A stretch of 35,824 nucleotides of DNA from Planctomycetota bacterium (GTDB lineage: Bacteria; Planctomycetota; SZUA-567; H5-PLA8), in NCBI GenBank assembly GCA_038227875.1, contig JBBRPR010000079.1, positions 1 to 35,824 of the forward strand, given 5' to 3'. Of this stretch, positions 8,703 to 18,300 are shown piece by piece. Within the stretch, counting starts at the first letter, position 1. Each line of letters begins with the position of its first letter. The notes under the pieces were generated by a model. The model was given only the letters and a program-made list of their open reading frames with translations. It did no database searches and was not told the origin of the DNA. Position numbers and translations under genes: made by a program.

Positions 8703-11031
8703 TTCCGCCGCTCCGAAACCGCCGCAGCCGCAGGCCCCGGCGCCCGCACAGGCTGAGCCGACGGCTTCTGCCCCCGTGGATGCGGCGGCTCCGGCGGAAT
8801 CGTACACGCATTACCATTTCGAACCGTTCATTCCGGGGTGGATGTTGCTGGCGTTGTCGGCGCTGATTCTGCTGGGCGTGCGCCGCGCCTACAAACGCAG
8901 CACGCGCGCGATCCGGCCGGAGTACAAAATGGTGCTCGGCTTTGTGCGTCTCTCGGCGTGCGGGCTGCTGCTGCTATGCCTGACAAGGCCGGTGGCGGTG
9001 ACCACGCATTCGCTCACCGAAAAGGGACTTTGCTACATCGCCATCGACAGTTCCGGTTCGATGAACCTCAAAGACATGCAAGGCCGGCGTTCGCGCTGGG
9101 AGTGCACGGCCGGAATCATCAAAGATGAGCACGAAAGCCTGGATACGCTTTCGTCGAAGTTGGAACTACACCGCTACCTATTTGACGGCAGCGTTCGCGA
9201 AGTTGCCAAGCTTCCCGGCGAACAAGGCTCGACGGCAGCCGCGACGGGAACGTCGACGGACATCACCGCGCTGCTGGAAAAACTGGCGGCCGAAAGCGGC
9301 GGCAGTTCCAGCGCCGGCGCGCTGCTGATCACCGATGGCCGCCACAATCTGCCCACCGATGTCGTGCCCGCGGCGCAGGAGCTCGGACGGCTGGGCATCC
9401 CGCTTTGCATCATCGGCGTCGGGCAGGATGCGACGCCCGGCGACTTTAAAGACGTCGCGATCCGGAGTCTGATCGTGCCGGAGAAAGCGTTCGTCGGCGG
9501 GCGGACGATCTTCCGCGTCGACATTGAATCAACGCTGAAGAAGTACGAAACGGTACCGCTGACAGTAGAGGTGGACGGTAAGAAAATCTTCGAGCGCGAC
9601 ATGATCCTGCAGCCCGGCGCTAATCATGCCGCGCCGGAAGTGGAGGTGCCGTACATCCCCGACGTGCTGGGTCTGCATCGTGTCACGGCCACCATCGGCA
9701 TGGTGCAGGAAGAAGCGAACGTGATCAACAACACCGCGACGGCGTTCTTCCGCGTCTTCCGCACCAAGATTGGCGTGTGGTATGTCGAAGGCGCGATCCG
9801 GCCGGAATTCGGAAAGATCCGCGCGGCGCTGGACACGGCGCCGAACGTGAGTCTGCATGCGATCAACGCGTTCATGGCCAACAACAGCGCGTCGAACGAA
9901 CTGCTGCCGACCAAGCCGGAAGACTGGGCTCAGTTGCGGTTGGTGATCATCGGCGACATTTCGGCGCTGCGATTTGAAGAATCGGGGCTGCGCGATCTGG
10001 CCAAGTTTGTGGACGAAGGCGGATCGGTACTGATGATCGGCGGAAAATCCAACTTTGGCGCGGGAGGCTGGCAGAGCTCGCCGCTGGCCGAAGTATTTCC
10101 CGTTGAAATGTCGCCCGGAGACGGTCAGGAACCTGGGCCGCTGCGCATTACGCCGGTCGGGCAGTACGTCGATCATCCAATCTTGAGCGTGGGCGAGAAT
10201 TTTGAGGACAGCACCGTCGCATGGTTGAAGCTGCCGATGCTCCCGGGCGTTAATCGCGTTACCAGCGTGCATCCGACGGCGGAAGTGCTGCTGAAAGCGG
10301 GCTCGAAGGAACTCCTCGTCGTCAAAGAATACGGCAAAGGCCGCAGCGCCGTCTTCATGGCCGACATGACGTGGCAGTGGGTGCTGAAGGCCAATCAGCC
10401 CGGCATCCACCGCAAGTTCTGGCGCAACCTGGTCACGTGGCTGACACGCAGCGATTACCGCGACGCGGCGAAGGCCGTCTACGCCGACGCCGAGCGTCTG
10501 CAGTATTTGATCGGCGAAGAAGCGACGTTCCGAGCGCACGTCAACGCGACGGAGAAGTGGAAGGACGCGCTTAAGAACGCGCGGATCACCGTGTCGCTCG
10601 CGCGGATCCAGGGCACGACCGTGACGCAGGTCTTCACGGAAGTTGCCGGCACCGGGGCGGGGGAGTTTGCCAAGCACTTTACGCTTGGCACCGCGGGCAC
10701 GTACCGCTTCAAAGCCGTGGCGACCGGCGCTGACGGCGTGGTGATCGACAGCGATAGTATCGACCTGCAAGTCACCGCGCCGGATATCGAAGTCGACAAT
10801 CCGCGCGCGAACATCCGCCTGCTGCGCCGCATCGCGGACCTGAGCGGCGGAAAGTATTTCGACTACGGCAACGCGCACAAAGCATTCGAATACCTGCTCG
10901 CGCGTCCGTCCGGCTACTCCAAACCGCAGACGGACGTCATCGAACTCTGGAACAGCGCGTGGGTGATCGCGCTATTTGTCTCGCTGCTGAGTTTCGAGTG
11001 GCTGATGCGCAAGAAGTGGGGCCTGGTGTGA
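8689..11031 (+). CDS. VWA plus glutamine-amidotransferase-like (DUF1355-type) membrane protein
   Basis: DSSGSM and LITDG; FVDEGGSVLMIGG..FGAGGW..SPLAEVFPV; YGKGRS; C-terminal EWLMRKKWGLV; overlaps the upstream gene by 14 nt. Confidence 0.88.
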   Translation: MAQADSAAPKPPQPQAPAPAQAEPTASAPVDAAAPAESYTHYHFEPFIPGWMLLALSALILLGVRRAYKRSTRAIRPEYKMVLGFVRLSACGLLLLCLTRPVAVTTHSLTEKGLCYIAIDSSGSMNLKDMQGRRSRWECTAGIIKDEHESLDTLSSKLELHRYLFDGSVREVAKLPGEQGSTAAATGTSTDITALLEKLAAESGGSSSAGALLITDGRHNLPTDVVPAAQELGRLGIPLCIIGVGQDATPGDFKDVAIRSLIVPEKAFVGGRTIFRVDIESTLKKYETVPLTVEVDGKKIFERDMILQPGANHAAPEVEVPYIPDVLGLHRVTATIGMVQEEANVINNTATAFFRVFRTKIGVWYVEGAIRPEFGKIRAALDTAPNVSLHAINAFMANNSASNELLPTKPEDWAQLRLVIIGDISALRFEESGLRDLAKFVDEGGSVLMIGGKSNFGAGGWQSSPLAEVFPVEMSPGDGQEPGPLRITPVGQYVDHPILSVGENFEDSTVAWLKLPMLPGVNRVTSVHPTAEVLLKAGSKELLVVKEYGKGRSAVFMADMTWQWVLKANQPGIHRKFWRNLVTWLTRSDYRDAAKAVYADAERLQYLIGEEATFRAHVNATEKWKDALKNARITVSLARIQGTTVTQVFTEVAGTGAGEFAKHFTLGTAGTYRFKAVATGADGVVIDSDSIDLQVTAPDIEVDNPRANIRLLRRIADLSGGKYFDYGNAHKAFEYLLARPSGYSKPQTDVIELWNSAWVIALFVSLLSFEWLMRKKWGLV

Positions 11032-11319
11032 AGGTTAGGACGCGTGGCCCGTTTCATTGGAGCACTTCGGAACGCAGGTGGTCCGAGTGTTATTGCATAA
11101 CCGCGGCGCGTTGCGTTGAGACTCTATAAAACGCTCGACAACAGACTTATCGATCTCCAAATCCGATATCGAAATTATTAGATTTAATAACCAGCAGATC
11201 GATTTATGAGCATCAAACGCGCAGCCGCTCGCACGACCTGACTATCCAAATTCAATCAGGGTATCGACCTGTGCAGAGACCGGCGTCAGGAAAAGCCTTC
11301 TCTCTGAACAGCCGAGATT

Positions 11320-11335
11320 CGGCATGGGAAATGCC
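11320..11335 (+). promoter_or_regulatory. Possible sigma-54 (-24/-12) promoter
   Basis: CGGCATG-GGAA-ATGCC has GG-N10-GC spacing, about 80 nt upstream of the GTG at 11417; several mismatches to TGGCACG-N4-TTGCW. Confidence 0.35.
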
Positions 11336-11416
11336 CCCTTGGCTCTTCAAGAATGCTAGCTGTTGGAGCCAAGTCTCCGAATATTGAGATTCTTAGTTCC
11401 AGGGAGGAGGGTGCTC

Positions 11417-14191
11417 GTGAAACAATTAACCACATTCCTTCTAATCGCGGTTTCGATTTGTCCGATTGTGCTGTCTTCCGAATTCCCGGACATCCAGGCT
11501 GCGGATGTCGTGGATGGTCAGGCCAATACCGCGCTGCGATATGAGATGACTGTATCCGGCGGCGGTCCGATTCGAGTAACGGCAACGGACCTTCCGGAGG
11601 GGCTGTCACTGCTGGAATGCGTCATTTCGGGAGTACCGGCGCTTCCTGGCGACACGCTGGTCATTGTCAGCGCGACGAACGAGGCAGGGGTCAGCCAAAA
11701 GGCAATCCTGTTTCGGATTGCAGAAGGCGCCGGCCCGCAAGCTCCGCGTACTCCGTCAGTCTCGAGCAATCCCGCACTGATCCAAGCCGGCGTGCCTGCG
11801 ATCTTCGATTCCAATGCCACCGGACTTGCCGATTTCATATGGAATTTTGGCGATGGGTCCATCAGCACGGCGGCGCATCCATCGCACACCTATTCGCAGG
11901 CGGGTTCCTACCTGGTGACACTGACGGCAACGGTAGCCAATACTACGCGCATTGTCAGTAGCGACTTTGCAGTCTCAGTCGCGGAACAAGTACCCGGCGC
12001 GCAGACTGCGGCAAAGACGCCGCCCCAGACTTTTCCGATTACACTGAGCGTGATTAAAGCCAAATCAGCCGCTCCGTTCAGTTCCCTGGTCTTGGGCGCC
12101 ACGCCGCTGGATCCGACCCTATCGACTCAGGTGATATTTGCGGCGAAGACTTACTCGTACACGGCCACAGTCTTGTCGGCGCAGATCACGTCCACCGGGC
12201 TGAAGGTCAGCGTGCCGCCTTACTATAGCAAGGGGAAGTTCGGCGCAGGCTCTGTGACCGCGCAGATCGTGCAGGCATCGTCGACCAAATCGAACCCGCA
12301 AAAGCTGAAGATCGGCGGTCTGCCAAAGGCAAAATCTGTGGGCGCCGCCTCACTCAGCTTCGTCGATGCTGCAACGGCGATGTTGGCTGATCTGAAAGCC
12401 AATGTGAAGGGCGGAATCTATGACACCTCAACGTTCCAGTCTTCCGCCGCGCAACAGGCGACCATCCTCAATAACCTGCACGCATCCATACAATCGATGA
12501 TGGGCTCCAAAACCAGCAAGAGTAAAGCCAAGTCGTTTTCGATCGGCAGCATCAATGGTGCGGATTTGCAGGTGGACGCAAAGAATCTGGCCGTCTGCGA
12601 TTCACTGGTCGCAGCGATCGTTTCTGCTGCAGGGACAAGTTCTTCTGATACGGAGGTCGCCGTCGCCGCGAAAGCGTGGGCGGCCGCAATGATTGCAGGG
12701 AAGGGCGACGTAGCCGTGGCAGCCGCCGGTTTCACAACGGCGTACCATAATCTGGTGCAGGTGCAGACATCGAAGCGCGTGTACGCTGACTGGCAGCAGG
12801 CGGAATTCTCCCTGCTGCCGTTCAGTTCCGCACTCGATTCTCTCAGCTTATTACTGGGCAACACCGGCCTGGCCAGCAGATCTATCGCGAAAACGCCGCC
12901 GGTGGGATCGGCTCCCGGCGGCGCCCTCGCCCTCGCCGGGCTGGCTTCGATCAATGCCTCTTTCGGCGCGAATGAAAAGCGAGTCGGATTTGAGGAACTG
13001 CAGAAGGGTAACGTGCATTTCGACGACTTTATCGCCGACTATATCCTGCAGCCGCATCCGACAACCGGCTCGATATCCGGCGGCAACCTTCAGTCTCTCG
13101 CGCAATTGCTTTCAACGCTGCTGGCCTATTTTGCGAACACGACGCAGGATTCCACCAACATCCTGCCTCCACTCACCGTCTCACATCAGTCCATTCTGGT
13201 CGGTGCTTATGACCATGGCACCGTTGACGGCGACATCCTGACCATGTCGATCAACGGCAATCCGGTGTCCGGATTCAGTCCGCTGACATTGCCTGGTCCT
13301 CCGGGACCGATGGTCAGCATCAAACTCGACCCGGGCGACAATGTTCTGACAATCAAAGCATTGAATGAGGGGCAATATCCCCCCAACACCGCCACCGTGC
13401 TGGTCGACGGCACGGAGTACATCTACGACCTACCCACCGGCGGCGGCGCTGTGATCAAAATCAGCAATAGCGACAAGCTTATTTCCGCTACGAAGGTGGC
13501 GGCGCCTGACGGCACAGACAATTCCCGCGCCCTTATCGGCGTCTGTGAAGCTGTGACCATTACCGCGACGGAGGCCGTCACGTGGACTGTGACCGGCGGC
13601 GGCAGCCTGAGTTCGGCCAACGGGACGACGACGGTGTTCACGGCGCCCGATATTGCCGCGAATTGCAAGGTTACGGCGACGTATACCAACAAGAGCACCA
13701 ACTACATTACCTACGGCGTCATTCCTCCAAGCGGTCAGACTTATACTAAATTGCAGAATAGGAATGTTTACCCAGTCGGACAGGCGGGGGCCGGCATGTA
13801 CTTGAGCGTCAAGCTCACTCCTTTGAATGTCTGCTTCGGTGGCATCGATTGGAAAGAAATCGGATTGGATCCGATCAACGTCACCGGGTACTTTGTCGGC
13901 AAGGCCGGGCATCACAATCCCAATCCAGACTTCCTGCCCGTTGGAAATGATAACTTCGTTCAGGGCACAGATGACGCTTCATCGGGCGTCGGAGCCCGGC
14001 CGCAGCCCTGGTCCAACGGCTCCTACACCTGGCCGATTCCCAACAATTATATTCGTCGTGGCGCGGCAGGAAATGGATACAAGTTCGTCGATACCACTCA
14101 GACCTTTACAATTGCGGCGGACGGGACCTGTGGTGTAATCAAAGGAACGGCATCGTGCTCGAGAAATCCCAACACTGGGTACGCGCCGTAG
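11417..14191 (+). CDS. Secreted multidomain protein: putative Ig, PKD, helical region, Ig-like modules and an uncharacterised C-terminal domain
   Basis: GGAGGAGG RBS before GTG 11417 (ORF track start is TTG 11363); signal peptide; LPEGLSL..ISGVP (He_PIG-like); WNFGDG..HTYSQAGSY (PKD). Confidence 0.85.
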   Translation: MKQLTTFLLIAVSICPIVLSSEFPDIQAADVVDGQANTALRYEMTVSGGGPIRVTATDLPEGLSLLECVISGVPALPGDTLVIVSATNEAGVSQKAILFRIAEGAGPQAPRTPSVSSNPALIQAGVPAIFDSNATGLADFIWNFGDGSISTAAHPSHTYSQAGSYLVTLTATVANTTRIVSSDFAVSVAEQVPGAQTAAKTPPQTFPITLSVIKAKSAAPFSSLVLGATPLDPTLSTQVIFAAKTYSYTATVLSAQITSTGLKVSVPPYYSKGKFGAGSVTAQIVQASSTKSNPQKLKIGGLPKAKSVGAASLSFVDAATAMLADLKANVKGGIYDTSTFQSSAAQQATILNNLHASIQSMMGSKTSKSKAKSFSIGSINGADLQVDAKNLAVCDSLVAAIVSAAGTSSSDTEVAVAAKAWAAAMIAGKGDVAVAAAGFTTAYHNLVQVQTSKRVYADWQQAEFSLLPFSSALDSLSLLLGNTGLASRSIAKTPPVGSAPGGALALAGLASINASFGANEKRVGFEELQKGNVHFDDFIADYILQPHPTTGSISGGNLQSLAQLLSTLLAYFANTTQDSTNILPPLTVSHQSILVGAYDHGTVDGDILTMSINGNPVSGFSPLTLPGPPGPMVSIKLDPGDNVLTIKALNEGQYPPNTATVLVDGTEYIYDLPTGGGAVIKISNSDKLISATKVAAPDGTDNSRALIGVCEAVTITATEAVTWTVTGGGSLSSANGTTTVFTAPDIAANCKVTATYTNKSTNYITYGVIPPSGQTYTKLQNRNVYPVGQAGAGMYLSVKLTPLNVCFGGIDWKEIGLDPINVTGYFVGKAGHHNPNPDFLPVGNDNFVQGTDDASSGVGARPQPWSNGSYTWPIPNNYIRRGAAGNGYKFVDTTQTFTIAADGTCGVIKGTASCSRNPNTGYAP

Positions 14192-14201
14192 GGAGAAGAC
14201 C

Positions 14202-15068
14202 ATGTGTAGCCAATTTCCGATCCGATTCCTATTCGTCGCGCTGCTTTGCGGCATCGTATTGAACGTCTGCGCGGGAGATGAAATGAGCGCTTACACGCAA
14301 TCCGTCCGTGACGCCGTAGGCAAGGGCGATGCCACAACAGTTATGAGCATGGTCGACAAACTGGAAGAAGGATTCGGCACAGGCGGCTCGACTGAATACT
14401 TTCAGAAAATCAGCATTGTGTGTCAGAGCCTGGCTGAATCGGCCCATTGTGGCAACGCGATGTATCCGGTGCTCGTTCGTTGCGCCGATCTGCTGCTCGA
14501 AAAGGAAACCGTCAACGGTCCCTTGCGCTCTGCGCTTATCCAAAGTCAATTCGATGCCATCCAGCCGCTCTTGCGAGAGCTGGCGGCCACTACGTCGGGA
14601 CGCGACCGTGCATGGGAAGAAAACCGGGCGCATTTGATGCGGTTGGTCTCCATCTTCAGCAAACGCGTACGCAGCCGATTAATTGAGAATTTCAAACCGT
14701 TTCCCGTCTCGATAAACGTTGCGCCGCCGGAGGGTGGAGGCGACTCTGGATCCGACCCCGCGAGCATCAAAGACCCGGTGGTGCGAGCTGCCTATGTAAA
14801 ATTGATACATGAGAACTCTGAGAATACGTTAGTGAATCAAGAGCAGCGTTACCTCTCGGACTTGGCGCGCGATGGTTTTTCGCGAATCGAGGATGGCATC
14901 GTTCCGCTCTATTCGAGCGCGCCGCCGCCCTACGATGAATTATACCAATTCCTGCAATTGGGCCAATTCACGCAGACCCAACGCATCAAGATCATTAGAG
15001 GCGTCGAACGCGCCTCGAATACTCAGGCTCCGGTTGCTATTCAGAAGATACTGAAAACTGAACCCTGA
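14202..15068 (+). CDS. Secreted, predominantly helical hypothetical protein (candidate immunity/partner protein)
   Basis: Starts 10 nt after the upstream stop with GGAG RBS; hydrophobic signal peptide; no recognisable catalytic motif. Confidence 0.75.
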   Translation: MCSQFPIRFLFVALLCGIVLNVCAGDEMSAYTQSVRDAVGKGDATTVMSMVDKLEEGFGTGGSTEYFQKISIVCQSLAESAHCGNAMYPVLVRCADLLLEKETVNGPLRSALIQSQFDAIQPLLRELAATTSGRDRAWEENRAHLMRLVSIFSKRVRSRLIENFKPFPVSINVAPPEGGGDSGSDPASIKDPVVRAAYVKLIHENSENTLVNQEQRYLSDLARDGFSRIEDGIVPLYSSAPPPYDELYQFLQLGQFTQTQRIKIIRGVERASNTQAPVAIQKILKTEP

Positions 15069-15303
15069 GTAGAGAAGTTATCGAATTCGAACTGCCTTAA
15101 AGTATCCAAGTAATCATTATACCTTCGCCGTATTCCGTAGTTAAATATAACACTATATTTTTATCACAATTCGGACTATAGATTTTAAAACTGTATAAAT
15201 TAATTCCAAAATTTCGCAATTCAACCTTGCGAACGTATGAATGTTTCTTCTGGAAGTTAGCCTCCCTACCAGTCTTGTATCTAAAGAGTCAACGCAAGCT
15301 CTA

Positions 15304-15319
15304 TGGCGCGTTGATTGCA
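15304..15319 (+). promoter_or_regulatory. Sigma-54 (-24/-12) promoter candidate
   Basis: TGGCGCG-TTGA-TTGCA, one mismatch from TGGCACG-N4-TTGCW with exact GG-N10-GC spacing, 55 nt before ATG 15374. Confidence 0.65.
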
Positions 15320-15373
15320 CAGGTGAAGAAAGAGATTCTTCGTTAGAGCTGAAACATTGAGGAGGGCAAGAAC

Positions 15374-18300
15374 ATGGCTACATCTTTCGCGCCCATTGCG
15401 CAATCCAACGATTTAAGAGGTGTAATCATCTATTCAATGCGCGAGCGATTCCGAAACATGAGTCTGAGATTAGCAAAAATGGGGAACATGCGCTGTGTAC
15501 TCACCTTTTCAATGGCCGTGCTACTTCTCTTGGCGGTCGGAAACGCCAGCGCGCAGACTACTGTTTCCTCTGCGGCGACAGGAAACTGGAATTCACGCAC
15601 GACGTGGGGCACGAGTACCAATCGCACGGGAACCGTTGCGACTTCGACAGCTTCAGTCCTGGTAACGGGAACAGGGACGGTTTTCACTTCGGAGTTAGCC
15701 CCGGGAGCGGTTTTAACGACGCAAGGTGATGTAGCCATCGGGACAGTGCTGAGCATCCAGAGCGACACCCAGCTGACGCTGACTGGAAATTCTGCGGTGA
15801 CTTTGGCAACAAGTTCTTATCGCACTCAATACCCATGTGCTTCGGATGCGGTCTCCATTATTAACGGATTCACTGTGACAGAAAATATTAATGCAGCCTG
15901 TTCGTCATTGAGTTTTCAAAATAATACTGTTTTTTCCAATACGTTAACAATCAGCGGTACGAATTCACTGGTCGTTTCTGGTGCGATTGATTTACCCAGA
16001 GGATTTCTTATTGGTGTAAATACACTTGCCGTCAATGCTGGCACATTGTCGGCCGGAAGCATTGGCTTTACGAACGGTGGAATTTCCCATTTGCATGTCC
16101 TGACCATTTCCACGGGAACCGTACTGATCGCTGGAAACGTTACTCAGACGGGCAGTACCGGTAGCGCCACCATTACCTTTACGGGCGCAGGACTGCTAAA
16201 AGTCGGCGGATCCTTTTTGAATTCCAGTACAGGCACACTCAATTCGTCGCCTGGCTGTACCGTTGAATACAACGGCGCCGCTCAGACGATTGGGGACTTC
16301 GCCTACAGTAATTTGACGCTTTCAAACAGCGGTATCAAAACTTTTCTCACGGGCACCGCGGTCAACGGGAATCTAACCTTAAGCGGCACCGCCTCCGCGA
16401 CGACAGTCGCGAATTTTTCCATAGGTGGAAATCTTGATGTTGGCAGCGGCGCGGCTTTTACCGTTTCTGCAAACCGTACGCTCGGCGTCACCGGCACGAC
16501 GTCTGTGAGTGGTACGCTGACACTGGCGGGAACCGGCACCAAAACCTTCGGCGGATCGGTCGTCGTGAATACTGGAGGAGTTTGGAGTGAAACGGGAAAT
16601 TCCGCGTATTCGTTTGCAGGTAGTCTGCAGAATGACGGAACGTTCACCGCAAACGCCGGAATTCATACCTTTTCCGGGGCCGGCATGACGTTCAGTGGCA
16701 GCAATACCATTACCATTCCCAGTGTGACGATTTCCGGCACAGGTTCGCAAAATGGAGTCCTATCTGTTGGAACTGCTCTCTCGGGAGGAGGAACACTAAC
16801 ACAGGGCCCAGGGGCAACGCTATTTTTGGGCGGAACGTCTGGAATTTCCACTTTGGTTGCTACCGGCAGCAACAATGCTGTAATTTACAACGGTGGCGTC
16901 CAGGTTGTTAAAGCCATTACCTATGAACATTTGGTTATTCTCAATACAGGCGTCAAGACGCTGGCAGGCGATATTCTAGTCCAAGGAATTCTTAATATAT
17001 TCTCCGGTACCTTGGACGCAGCGGGACATACGATCACGTTGGCGGGACCCGCCACACCGCTTATTGTGACGGGAACGTTGAATCCTGCCTCGGTAATTTA
17101 CACCAGCGCGTCAGGTGCGTACATCACGGGAGGAATTACCTATACCAATTTGACTATCAACAGCACGGGTCAGATCTTTGCCGCTGCTGGCGACGTCACA
17201 GTTGAATCCGTTCTGAACGTTCAAGCTGGAGTGTTTGACGGAGTCACGTCCACCATTACTTTGATGGGATCCGGGACACCGTTCGTGGTAACCGATACAT
17301 TTAATCCTTCGGCGTCGACCGTGGTTTATTCCAGCCTTAGCGGCGCGCTCGTCACTGCGGTGCCTTACACTAATCTGATCATTAACGGTAGTGGAGTATT
17401 TACTGCTGCCAATTCCTTCGCGGTGTCCAAGGACCTCACGCTGGCCACAGGTACGTTCGATGACGGCGGCAATGTAATTACTGTAAATGGTAACATTATC
17501 AATTCCGCAGCGCACACAGGTACCGGTGAAATCCTGCTCACGGGTCGCGCGCTTGACCATGTCTTGTCCGGAATTGGAACCTTTACGAGTATCGAAGTGA
17601 ACGACCCCTTCGGAGCCACGTTCGTATCGGATATCCACGTCAACGGATTGCTGTCATTGACGAACGGAAACCTGTCGACCCCCCTCAATAATACGGTCAC
17701 CATCGGCAGCGCCGGCGACGTGACCCGGGGTTCAGGTTACGTGGTGGGCAACTTGCGTAAGGTGTACGGCGCCCTGGGATCAAAAGTATTCGAAATTGGT
17801 ACTTCCTCTGGTTATTCACCGGTCACTGTCGATGTGACCTCTGGAATTGGAAGTTTTACGGCCAGTGCAACTGAAACTCCTGAACCGTTTGCCGTCGATC
17901 CGAATACGGTCTTACATCGCTTCTGGACCCTTTCCGGAAACGTGGGTTCGGTGGATTTGCAGTTTGCGTACGTTTTTCCAGGAGACGTAAACGGCGATGA
18001 AACCAGTTATATTCTTGGCCGCGATACGGGCTTTCCATCGTGGACCTACCCCGGCGGGAGGGTCGATTCAAATACCCATACCGCTTCAATTTCTGGCGTA
18101 GTATTTTACTCCGGCAACTGGACCGCGGGAGAACGACACGGTCTGAACGGTCCTGCCACGCAGGCAATAGTGGTGTTGCCGGGTCAGACCTTAACACCGG
18201 CCGTCGGTCTTACCGGCTCGCCATCCAGCCAGACTGCGGGCACAACGTTCACTGCAGACGTCAAGGCCGTCGATTCGAATTTCAACGTCGATCCATCGGT

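Noticed and set aside
9529..10878. 449-aa antisense ORF
   Set aside because: Fully overlaps the VWA/GATase-like gene on the opposite strand; no recognisable domain
11311..11323. GCCGAGATTCGGC identical to the core of the 4365-4393 terminator
   Set aside because: Only 13 bp and self-complementary, so chance recurrence is plausible; the flanks do not match
15240..15373. Possible c-di-GMP riboswitch ahead of the adhesin
   Set aside because: Small hairpins are present, but the conserved class I and class II sequence elements were not recognisable
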